Positions 27,635 through 35,353 of a DNA stretch of 64,000 nucleotides are shown piece after piece (within the stretch, counting starts at the first letter, position 1; each line of letters begins with the position of its first letter). Both the position numbers and the translations under genes were made by a program. This stretch comes from a virus. Lineage: Duplodnaviria; Caudoviricetes. The notes beneath the pieces are model-generated. The model made no database searches. It was given only the letters and a program-made list of their open reading frames with translations, and had not been told where the DNA came from. The stretch covers positions 14,497 to 78,496 of the IMG/VR virus record IMGVR_UViG_2893071988_000005. One strand, written 5' to 3'.

Positions 27635-28252
27635 TCACACATAGCCGAGGCTCTCCTGGGTTAGCGTATCCAAGATCGTGACGCCTTCCGAGATCTTGGT
27701 ATCGACGGAGATCGTCTTGAAGTGGTCGAACGCGCGGTTGTGGGCGGCAAGGAACTTGGATGCTTCCTTGCCGATGTTTTCGATGAAGAGTTTGCCCTCC
27801 AGCACTGCGAGGCACATTTCAGCGATAACGTCATCCCGAACGAACTTCGGAATGGCGCGGGAAACCGCCTTGTTGATGAGCTTGAAAACCTCGTCTGGTG
27901 ACAGCGTGATCTTCTTTATCGAACGCTCTTTCGCATATCGCCGCTTGTTCCTGGCGCGCTGTTTTTCGATGGTCTTCCAGTAGTAATCTCGCTGATAGGC
28001 GCGCTCTTTTTCGCGCGCACCTTCAACGAGCTTTGCGGCATCCCTGCGGGCCTTCCAGTAGGGGAGAAGCCTTTCCCGGTTGCGCTCTCGGAACTCCTTT
28101 TGAAGCTGGCGCATACGCTGTTTCTGCGCCTTCGTCCGCGTCGGGTATCTATTGCGAGCGCCCCAGTTCTTGGAATGCCGACGCCGCTCTTCCTTCGCCA
28201 TAGCCGCCCATACTGAGGGCAAGAACCCGTACTTGTTGGGCTCCTCATCCAT
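27635..28252 (-). CDS. Basic protein with sigma-like C-terminal region
   Basis: Arg/Lys-rich helices then RDDVIAEMCLAVLEG...ISVD. Confidence 0.55.
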   Translation of the reverse strand: MDEEPNKYGFLPSVWAAMAKEERRRHSKNWGARNRYPTRTKAQKQRMRQLQKEFRERNRERLLPYWKARRDAAKLVEGAREKERAYQRDYYWKTIEKQRARNKRRYAKERSIKKITLSPDEVFKLINKAVSRAIPKFVRDDVIAEMCLAVLEGKLFIENIGKEASKFLAAHNRAFDHFKTISVDTKISEGVTILDTLTQESLGYV

Positions 28253-28901
28253 GGTCACGCCCTCCATCGAGCGCGGGCGGAGTGATCGGGCACCAGTGGG
28301 TGAACTCGTAGTTGCTCGGTTTGGCTTTGTCGTCGTCGTGCTTGATGAGGCCATCATGATCGGCCAGCCACCAAGGGCCGTTTTGGGACCGGCGAATGAC
28401 GAGATAGCGATGCTCGCCGAGCCACATGTATCTGGCGAGGATCGCCGTACCGTCTTTCGGGGCGGTCTCGATGGGGCGCCAGTCGTCTGCCGTGACGGCG
28501 TAGATTGTCGGGTCCTGCGTCTCCTGCACGATGGTCAGCAGGCTTTCGGTCTTGCCGAGCGCTTGGGCCTTCACAATGACGACGGAGCCCGCGCCGGAGG
28601 GCCTGATGATGGCCCGGATCGAGCGTAGGAGGGGAGATACGCCCTCCTGCAAATCGTCGTCCTCGAACCCAGAAATGAAGGATTCGGCGGCGAGTAGCGC
28701 GGTAAACATCTGAGGGGCTGCAGCCATCTGGCGAGCAAGGGAGGCCAGCGCATCGGTCGGCCATTTCAGCGGCGTGCTGAGTTCGAAAATCGGCATGGGC
28801 GCGGCTGTGCTGATGTAGCCGAACGGCATGGGCTCGCCATCGATGGCGGAGCCGTAAAGCGAATGCGGTTCGAACTGCAAGGGGAGAGGGAACGGGTTCA
28901 T
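28245..28901 (-). CDS. Mosaic phage protein with DUF551-like C-terminus
   Basis: WRPIETAPKDGT...THWCPITPP. Confidence 0.7.
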   Translation of the reverse strand: MNPFPLPLQFEPHSLYGSAIDGEPMPFGYISTAAPMPIFELSTPLKWPTDALASLARQMAAAPQMFTALLAAESFISGFEDDDLQEGVSPLLRSIRAIIRPSGAGSVVIVKAQALGKTESLLTIVQETQDPTIYAVTADDWRPIETAPKDGTAILARYMWLGEHRYLVIRRSQNGPWWLADHDGLIKHDDDKAKPSNYEFTHWCPITPPALDGGRDHG

Positions 28902-29413
28902 CGTGCCTCCGGCTGCTTCTTGATGAACATGGAAAGGGTGGCCGCGACAGGAAGTTCGCGCACGCCTTCGGCGACGGCATCGGCGACTTTCTGGAGTGAG
29001 CGCGGCTGCGTCATCATCGCGACGGTGCCGAGGATGGAAGCCTGCGCGGATGCCGCCGCTTGCTGCAGGCGGGTCAGGTTTTCGAAATCGGCCTTGGCCT
29101 GGCGCTCCAGCGCGCGCAGGGCTTTCCGCCGAACGCTTTTGGCATTGGCCGCGCCGTCTTCGACGATCTCGGCGTCATTGAGCCGGCGAAAGCCCTCGTT
29201 GCGAACGCAGCCGAAAACCATGTCGTGGTCGCGCATGGCGCGGATGGTGGCTGTCCGGAGCGGCGCTCGCAGCTTGCTCAACGGGAGCGAGGTGATGTCT
29301 CTCATGCGGCCGTAGGTGATGATTTCTCCGACCTCGATCTTCTTCAGTTCCTGCAGAAGCAGGCGGGATTCGACGGACATGCGGAATGAGGGTTTGGGCA
29401 TGGGGTTCTCCAT
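28898..29413 (-). CDS. Putative accessory protein of the RAMP/pentamer-array system (winged-helix-like N-terminus, helical C-terminus)
   Basis: Directly downstream of array E; GEIITYGRMRDI...VFGCVRNEGFRRL. Confidence 0.7.
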   Translation of the reverse strand: MENPMPKPSFRMSVESRLLLQELKKIEVGEIITYGRMRDITSLPLSKLRAPLRTATIRAMRDHDMVFGCVRNEGFRRLNDAEIVEDGAANAKSVRRKALRALERQAKADFENLTRLQQAAASAQASILGTVAMMTQPRSLQKVADAVAEGVRELPVAATLSMFIKKQPEAR

Positions 29414-29433
29414 GTAGAGGGGAGGCGGCTGGT

Positions 29434-29501
29434 GTATAGCGAGGCGCGACGTTGTGGGGCGCTGCGACGTGGCGAGCTGTGCAGAGGCGCGACGTGGAGT
29501 G
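29434..29501 (-). repeat. Pentamer array E: 14 units of C(G/A)C + NN
   Basis: Strict 5-nt phase; NN on - strand TC GT GC TG AG GC GT AG CC AA CG CT TA. Confidence 0.9.
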
Positions 29502-29587
29502 GCGGATGTGGTGCATTTTCGGCACCTATAAGCCCTTGTGCTGCCGAGGGTTTACAGGTGCCGACCCTTTCGGGCCGGCTGGCTGAT

Positions 29588-29650
29588 GCGGAGTGTCGCG
29601 GGGCGCAGTGGGGTGACGAGAAGCGTTGTGCTGCGGCGCGGGGTGGTGCG
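29588..29650 (-). repeat. Pentamer array D: 13 units of C(G/A)C + NN
   Basis: NN on - strand AC CC GC AG AA TT GT CC TG CC GA TC. Confidence 0.9.
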
Positions 29651-29732
29651 GGTGATGCCGTTGCCGACACCTCTGTCCCGCTCATTTCAGCAAGATAGAG
29701 GTGCCGGCCTCCGAAGAGACCGGCTGGCTGAT

Positions 29733-29800
29733 GCTTTGTGTTGCGATGCGAGACGTTGCCGCGCGCTGCGCCGCGGTGCGACGAGTGGCGTCGTGACGCG
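29733..29800 (-). repeat. Pentamer array C: 14 units of C(G/A)C + NN
   Basis: Begins 3 nt after the RAMP gene stop; NN on - strand GT GA CA GT AC GG AG GC AA CT AT AA AA. Confidence 0.9.
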
Positions 29801-29803
29801 AGG

Positions 29804-30376
29804 TTAAACCTCAGACCACTCAAACCTCTCGACCGTGAAGCGGCCATTGAAGCCGCCTTTCTCCGGCCGGAAGCGGCCGATGCCGACGAGCCGCCCAGCT
29901 TCGACGAGGGCCTGCTCGAAAACTTTGTTCGGGATCACCTCGTCCAGAATGGAGAAGTGCGCCTTGCCTTCCCAGGAGGGAATGTACGGAAACTTGCGGC
30001 GAACACGCTTGCCGCTGCCGCGCACGCCGTCGGCGTTCGCCCAGATCGTGATGGGCTGGAGCTTGTCCTTGTGGACGCCGATCGGCACGTTGCCGTCGCA
30101 GATCTGCCCGGCGACGAAGAACTTCGTGTAGGTGGACTTGCCGCGCCCGGGGATCGAAATGTTGAGACGCTTCACCGCCTCATCGATGCTCATTTTGAGA
30201 GCCATGGCGGGGATGCAGACGGTGCCTGCGTCGTCATAGGTTGCCTTCTCCTTCCAGAGGCGAAGGTCGTAGTCGGCGGCGGATTCCTTCTCCAACTTGG
30301 GATGATGGTCCGGGTCGATGGCGGCGGACTGGGAATAGGGCGTGGCGGATTTCAGGTGTGCGATGACGATGCGCAT
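29804..30376 (-). CDS. Stand-alone RAMP/Cas7-like RNA-binding protein (Vipr-like)
   Basis: N-terminal beta strand + TP, CIPAMALKMSIDEA (cf. RAMP IPGSSLKG), C-terminal Gly-rich loop GIGRFRPEKGGFNGRF. Confidence 0.8.
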   Translation of the reverse strand: MRIVIAHLKSATPYSQSAAIDPDHHPKLEKESAADYDLRLWKEKATYDDAGTVCIPAMALKMSIDEAVKRLNISIPGRGKSTYTKFFVAGQICDGNVPIGVHKDKLQPITIWANADGVRGSGKRVRRKFPYIPSWEGKAHFSILDEVIPNKVFEQALVEAGRLVGIGRFRPEKGGFNGRFTVERFEWSEV

Positions 30377-30403
30377 TGAGGAGACCTTTCTGATGGGGCT
30401 GAT

Positions 30404-30471
30404 GTGTTGCGAGGCGGGGCGACGAGCCGCAGCGCGTGGCGAAACGACGCGCGGCAGGGCGCGGCGCAGTG
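30404..30471 (-). repeat. Pentamer array B: 14 units of C(G/A)C + NN
   Basis: NN on - strand TG CG CC CG GT TT CA GC GG GT CC CT AA. Confidence 0.9.
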
Positions 30472-30549
30472 GGTGTTGACACCCTGAAAGCGGCCGAGGT
30501 GCCGGCAGATTTCAGGGTGCCAACTCCACAAGGGAGTTGGCGGGCTGAA

Positions 30550-30607
30550 GTGTGGTGTTGCGGCGCGCAGCGACGTGCAGCGGAGTGGAGCGCTACGCGG
30601 CGAAGTG
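30550..30607 (-). repeat. Pentamer array A: 12 units of C(G/A)C + NN
   Basis: NN on - strand TT CG AG TC TC TG GT TG GC AA CA. Confidence 0.9.
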
Positions 30608-30704
30608 GAGCATTCCGGCTCCCTTATCCATCGGCAGCTCGAGAGATAAGGCAACCGGAAGCACGAAAGCGGGCGGGGTGAGGCCCTCATCCCGCCCGTT
30701 CGTG

Positions 30705-30947
30705 CTATCGGGGTTTCAGCGGTAGAACTTCCCGGACTTCCGGATCCAGCGCGGCATGCGCGGCCTCCCATTTGTCGCGGGTTTCGGTGAACCGCTCATA
30801 CGCGGCACGCAATCGGGTGCCGGGTTCGCCTGTCGCGCGCTGGGTGTGGCGGAGTTCGCCGGGCCATTCCATGGGGAAGGCGAGGGCGATCTGCACCAGC
30901 CACGCGCGATCGGCGGCTCTATGGGCCTCATAGATCGAGGCGATCAA
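30705..30947 (-). CDS. Small hypothetical protein
   Basis: GGAG RBS; 80 aa. Confidence 0.55.
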   Translation of the reverse strand: MIASIYEAHRAADRAWLVQIALAFPMEWPGELRHTQRATGEPGTRLRAAYERFTETRDKWEAAHAALDPEVREVLPLKPR

Positions 30948-31137
30948 TACAATGCGTCTCCAAGGCTGGAGGGACAGGGTGCCTCCCCGTGGCGTGGGCG
31001 GGAAGGGAGGCTGGCGAGCCCGCCGATGATATTCAGCCGGCTTTCAGGCCCGGCGCATGCTGCACCTCCGCGTTTGAGGGATCGGTTGCCATTGGCCGCG
31101 CATTGGGCCGGTTGATGGGTGCGCGGCCCCGGAACGG

Positions 31138-31326
31138 TTAAACGAGGGCCGCGGCGGCGAGCGACTGCTCGACCTGGGCGAGGCGGTGCGCCATGGCGGC
31201 GCAGGCACCGACGAACGCGATGCAGAGAACAGCGAGGATCACGAGGCCGAGCTTGCGGGAGGGCGCAGGCGGTCGCTTCACCATCGGCTCAAGCACGATG
31301 GTGCGGGGTCGGGGGAGCGCGGGCAT
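31138..31326 (-). CDS. Small single-TM protein
   Basis: Hydrophobic LGLVILAVLCIAFVGACAAMA. Confidence 0.5.
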   Translation of the reverse strand: MPALPRPRTIVLEPMVKRPPAPSRKLGLVILAVLCIAFVGACAAMAHRLAQVEQSLAAAALV

Positions 31327-31332
31327 GGGCGT

Positions 31333-31647
31333 TTACTCGGCGATGCAGGCCGTGAACGCGCCATAGGCGTTCGCCTTGCGGCTGGTTGAGGTGCAGGCCT
31401 CTTCCGGCATGGCGCGCGCAATCGCGGTCTTCACCTCGGATTTCGTCATGGTGCGACCAGCGAGGAATGCGGCCTCGTCGACCACGGCGAGCGTGAACGT
31501 CTTCGCGGGGGGCGGCAGGTCCTTCGTCTTGGTCGAGACAAGCGCGGCCATGTTGGAGGAGGTGAAACCGATGGTTTCGGCGCAGGCGGGCAGGGCAAGC
31601 GAAGCCCCGAGAATGGCGGTAAGGCCGAGCGCGAGCGGCAGGTGCAT
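31333..31647 (-). CDS. Small secreted protein
   Basis: Signal peptide; AGGAG RBS; preceded by the CGCAATTATGCG motif. Confidence 0.65.
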   Translation of the reverse strand: MHLPLALGLTAILGASLALPACAETIGFTSSNMAALVSTKTKDLPPPAKTFTLAVVDEAAFLAGRTMTKSEVKTAIARAMPEEACTSTSRKANAYGAFTACIAE

Positions 31648-31782
31648 GGGAGGTCTCCTTGGTCGCATAATTGCGGGGGTGGCCGTGCGGCCGTGGAATG
31701 CCGGGCGTGCCGACATTGCAGAGGCGCACGAAAAAGCCGCCCGGAGGCGGCTCTAGGAAGCATCTATTGAGGCAGGCGAGCG

Positions 31783-32019
31783 CTATGTCAGCTTGATCAG
31801 CACCGCGAGCGCGCCGACGCCGGCTATCATGATCGCGCCAAGGCGAACCGTGATGCGCAGCGTGAGCGTGTCCATCGCGGCGGTGAGGTCGGATTTCGTC
31901 ACGAGATCGGCCATGATGTAATCCCTAGCGGCCTCCGCTTGTGCTTCTGCCTGTTTCTGGGTGACGCCGGCATCGCGCAGGCGCTTGGAGTAGCCGAGTG
32001 TATCAAACGCAACTGACAA
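31783..32019 (-). CDS. DUF1640-like small membrane protein
   Basis: FDTLGYSKRLRDAGVTQKQAEA...DLVTKSDL plus C-terminal TM; TTG start with GGAG. Confidence 0.75.
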   Translation of the reverse strand: MSVAFDTLGYSKRLRDAGVTQKQAEAQAEAARDYIMADLVTKSDLTAAMDTLTLRITVRLGAIMIAGVGALAVLIKLT

Positions 32020-32131
32020 TGGAAGTCTCCATAGTTCGAGGTGGAAGAGGGGACGAGAAAGCCGCCCGAAGGCGGCTTGGTGGGCGGGGCACGGATTGAC
32101 GGGCAGGCCCGTGGGGAGACATGGGCCATGG

Positions 32132-32278
32132 CTAGACCGCGCAGCGATCGCGCCGCCACCTGGCAAGGACGGCGCGGGAGAAGAAGGCGAGATAGCCGCC
32201 GGTGACTTTCACGATGGCGACGGCGTGCGGATACCAGCGGGCGACGGTCCGCCGCGATTTCACAGGTGCGAATTGCAT
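32132..32278 (-). CDS. Small hypothetical protein
   Basis: GGAG RBS and upstream motif. Confidence 0.55.
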   Translation of the reverse strand: MQFAPVKSRRTVARWYPHAVAIVKVTGGYLAFFSRAVLARWRRDRCAV

Positions 32279-32332
32279 GATGGTCTCCATAGTTCGCATG
32301 ATTGCGGTGTTTGGGGCGCGGCACAGCCGCAA

Positions 32333-32437
32333 CTAGGGAGGCTCCACGTCGATCTCCGCGAGGCTAACCACGGCGAGCGCGGCGAGGCCTTGCAGGAAGG
32401 CGCGTCGGCGCATGGTCGGCTGAGGAGGAAGGGGCAT
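32333..32437 (-). CDS. 34-aa twin-arginine-signal-like peptide
   Basis: MRRRAFLQGLAALAVV; GGAG RBS and upstream motif. Confidence 0.5.
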   Translation of the reverse strand: MPLPPQPTMRRRAFLQGLAALAVVSLAEIDVEPP

Positions 32438-32576
32438 GAAGGTCTCCATTGGCGCATGATTGCGGTTCGGCGTGACGCCGCGAAAAGGCGTACAGGTGCG
32501 CGACCTTTCGTAGGGACACGATAGAGGGGGGGGGCGGTGCCCGGAGGGGAGGAGCCCCGGGCACCGCATGACGGCT

Positions 32577-33110
32577 TTAGGCGGCGTCGGCGGTCTTTTC
32601 GGCCTTGACCTTCTTCGGCTTGGCCGGAACCAGCTCGACAACCGCGGGCGTCTGCGCAAGACGCAATGCACCTTCGAGCGCCTGCACGACGCGGATGGAC
32701 GCGCCCTTTTCCGTCATTTTCTTCAGGAACGCGGTGATCTCCTTCACCTCGTCCAGTGCCTTTTCACCGCCGGCAGCGGCCTTCGTTTCCTTGATGTAGT
32801 TCGCCGGTGCGATCTCCATCATGTCGGTGAGCTTGGTTTCGCCCTTGCCGTGGTAGTCGAAGACCATCGTCTCAGCGTTGAACTTGACCTTGCCGAAGGC
32901 GACGGCCCATGCCTTGAGACCGGCGCGGTAGTTCGCCGGGGTGACAGCCAGAAGGCTGTTGAGGTGAGACGGGCAGGAATGTTCCTCGACGTGCATCAGG
33001 CACGACACGGCGAGCTGGTGCTCGCGCTGGGTGAAGTTGGCGACCAGCTTGCCCTGACCGACGATAGCTTTGCCGAGAGCCTTGCCCTTGATGATCGAAA
33101 ACGTTGCCAT
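32577..33110 (-). CDS. First early gene, hypothetical phage protein
   Basis: Strong codon bias; GGAG RBS and upstream motif. Confidence 0.8.
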   Translation of the reverse strand: MATFSIIKGKALGKAIVGQGKLVANFTQREHQLAVSCLMHVEEHSCPSHLNSLLAVTPANYRAGLKAWAVAFGKVKFNAETMVFDYHGKGETKLTDMMEIAPANYIKETKAAAGGEKALDEVKEITAFLKKMTEKGASIRVVQALEGALRLAQTPAVVELVPAKPKKVKAEKTADAA

Positions 33111-33149
33111 GGTAGTTTCTCCATCGTTCGCATAATTGCGGTTTGAAGC

Positions 33150-33730
33150 GGATTGCTTCTGAAAGGCCAAAGCCCATTGCCCTTTCAGAAACGATCCTCT
33201 TGTGAGACCGCCAACTTTCGCCGACGGCCTCAGAATTCAACGTGATTTCTTTTTCTCGGTGCCCAAGCCTGTATCGGTTGAGGGGTGCAGCACTGAGCGA
33301 GTCCATCGCTTGCCGGTTATCTTTCCGCCACCTAACGCTTTCGCGTCGTGCATGTCTTTCGCTGTGCCCAAGGGTTTCATTCCCCTTTCCAGTGCATGAT
33401 GAACATCATGCTTCGCGCCCCTTTTGCCCTACGGCTTTCGCCGCTTCGGCCGGAACCTTCACCGATGCAAGTATTTTGTTGCCCGTACCTTGCCGCACGT
33501 CCTTCCCCGCAACACTGGCTTTGTCTTGCCAGCTACCTACGGCTCTCGCCGTATTGGGTCGCCCGATTCGCAAACCGCATTCCCTGTTGATCCGCTGTAA
33601 AGCTCAATCCACCTACCTGACCGCCGAAGCGATAACCTGAGGCAACCAAAACCGTACTTGGCAGGAAACCGTTGTCTTGCTGTCAAATAACCTTCGGGAA
33701 GTCCCGAACCCCGAACCGCTGTGTATCGCC
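33150..33730 (-). ncRNA. Candidate large structured RNA/leader upstream of the early operon
   Basis: No credible ORF; several GAAA/GAGA-capped hairpins on the - strand. Confidence 0.5.
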
Positions 33731-33743
33731 GTTCGATGATTGA

Positions 33744-33771
33744 AAGATACGTTTTGTATCGGAAAATACAA
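33744..33771 (-). promoter_or_regulatory. Early promoter with overlapping palindromic operator
   Basis: TTGTAT-16 nt-TATCTT on the - strand; GATAC-N5-GTATC at 33746-33760. Confidence 0.55.
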
Positions 33772-34239
33772 GCGGGTAATGCGCTGAGACTGCGATTATT
33801 TTGTAAGACGCTGAAAACAAATAGATAAAAATAATTCACATCGTATCGATAGGCATTCCGACGGCCGGACAAAGCTCGGATTTCCAACGCTGGCAAGGCC
33901 GTCACCCAGGGTGATACTCCCCCCGGCCTGCCGGGAAAGCCGTGCATGGGGAAAGGGGGAGGGGTGTTAGAAAAAACGCTGGACGAAACAAAAGTCCGCG
34001 AGTCATACCAATCCCCATAAGCCGGCATTGCGCCCGGCAAGAGCTTCCCCTCTCCCCCCTCATTCGAGCCGCCCGCCTGTTGCGAGGTTGGCCCTGCCGC
34101 CCGCTGATTGTGGCAGGCAGGCAATGCGCCGTCGTCACTCGATGGCCCGCACACTGGCCCTGCGCCGCGCTCATGAGGACGGGGAGAGGGGAAGGCAAGG
34201 AAGCCTCATAGGAGCGTAGCGGGAGGGGGAGAGCGTAGC

Positions 34240-34560
34240 GAGGGGGAAGCAGCCCTCTGCCTCTCCACCTGCCTCAGCCTGCCCGCCATGCCTGCGCTCG
34301 CCTCACACGCTCGCCCCTGCCTGACACGCTCGCCCATGCGCTCGCCCTCACATGCGCGCAGGCCCTCACGCCCGCACACGTAGGCGCGCCCGCCCACCCG
34401 CGCACGCACCCCCCCACGCGCAGGTTCTTCTCTCCCACCCCGGCGCCCGCGGGTCAGCGGCAGCGCACGATTTGAGCGATTTCGGTGTTTTCGATTTCGC
34501 GGTTCCGATTCCGCAATTCCCGACCGATCCGGCTTGGAATGATTTTGCGTGGATCGGGCA
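34240..34560. other. Probable cos/packaging-initiation region
   Basis: Non-coding; C-rich low-complexity run, then GGTTCTT...GCGGGTC and repeated GATTT boxes, upstream of a lambda-type terminase. Confidence 0.45.
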
Positions 34561-34660
34561 AAAAATGCCCGGGTGCTGCAAAGGCGAATACAAATAATTT
34601 TCTACAGAAGCCGCTTCGGCGGCCCGATCTGTAGAACAAAGCTTTCGTTTGGAGGTTTCG

Positions 34661-35353
34661 ATGTACGTCGTGAAGAGCGGACAGAACCTCGTCGTCATCG
34701 GCCGGTTCGCGCAGATGGCCAAGCGGCTCAGCAGCAGCACGGCGAAGCGAGAGCTGTTTCGTGGTGTCGTGGACGCGGGTCGCCGGATGAAAACCGACAC
34801 CCAGAAGGTCGTCACCGAGCAGATGGCGCTCAAGCGCGGGCTCTATCAGAGCTATGTCGTGGCCAACACGCGCGGCGTCGGAAGCCAGGCGCTCCTCGCC
34901 TATGACATCTATTCGTCGAAGGGCGGCATCAAGGTCCAGAACTATAAGGGGCTCAAGTCCCTGAAGGGCGGCGGGCGTGTCGCCAAGAAGCTGAATGGCG
35001 GCCGGGCTGCGTTCGACAAGGGTACTGTCCGGTCAGGCGTCTGGAACAATCCGCGCGTCTTCAAGCGCTCGTTCGAGGTGGACGGCTCCTTCTACATGAT
35101 GCGCACGGCACAGGATGGTGTCCGGGCGCCGCGCATCTTGTGGACCCATGACAACCGGTCCTGGCAGCCGCGAACGGCGCAGGGCCGGTTCGCATCGACC
35201 GGAACGAAGTGGGGCAAGGTTCGCCAGCTGTATGGCCCGGCGCTCGGCAAGGAAATCCCGGATGGGCAGTCGGCGGCAAACTTCATGGCTCGCGCGCCGA
35301 TCGTACTCGAGGCGGCAGTGACGCCGCGTATCGCAAAGCTCCTGAGGTACTGA
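34661..35353 (+). CDS. Minor tail Z-like / tail completion protein
   Basis: Basic protein ending VRQLYGPALGKEI; first late gene. Confidence 0.6.
   Translation: MYVVKSGQNLVVIGRFAQMAKRLSSSTAKRELFRGVVDAGRRMKTDTQKVVTEQMALKRGLYQSYVVANTRGVGSQALLAYDIYSSKGGIKVQNYKGLKSLKGGGRVAKKLNGGRAAFDKGTVRSGVWNNPRVFKRSFEVDGSFYMMRTAQDGVRAPRILWTHDNRSWQPRTAQGRFASTGTKWGKVRQLYGPALGKEIPDGQSAANFMARAPIVLEAAVTPRIAKLLRY

Noticed and set aside
29175-29847. Arg/Ala/Pro-rich ORFs (29344-29847, 29175-29525, 29432-29698, 29538-29807) over arrays C-E
   Set aside because: The period is 5, not 3, and the translations are low-complexity. These are by-products of the non-coding arrays.
29434-30607. Reading the pentamer tracts as ordinary microsatellites or REP elements
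   Set aside because: Slippage would homogenise whole units. Here only 3 of 5 positions are fixed, lengths are uniform at 12-14 units, and the ends are conserved.
30234-30771. ORFs spanning arrays A and B
   Set aside because: Same artefact; they cross hairpin-rich non-coding sequence and overlap the RAMP gene.
34255-34420. C-rich run as a possible sixth pentamer array
   Set aside because: No sustained 5-nt phase, and no CAGCC end followed by the linker hairpin pair.
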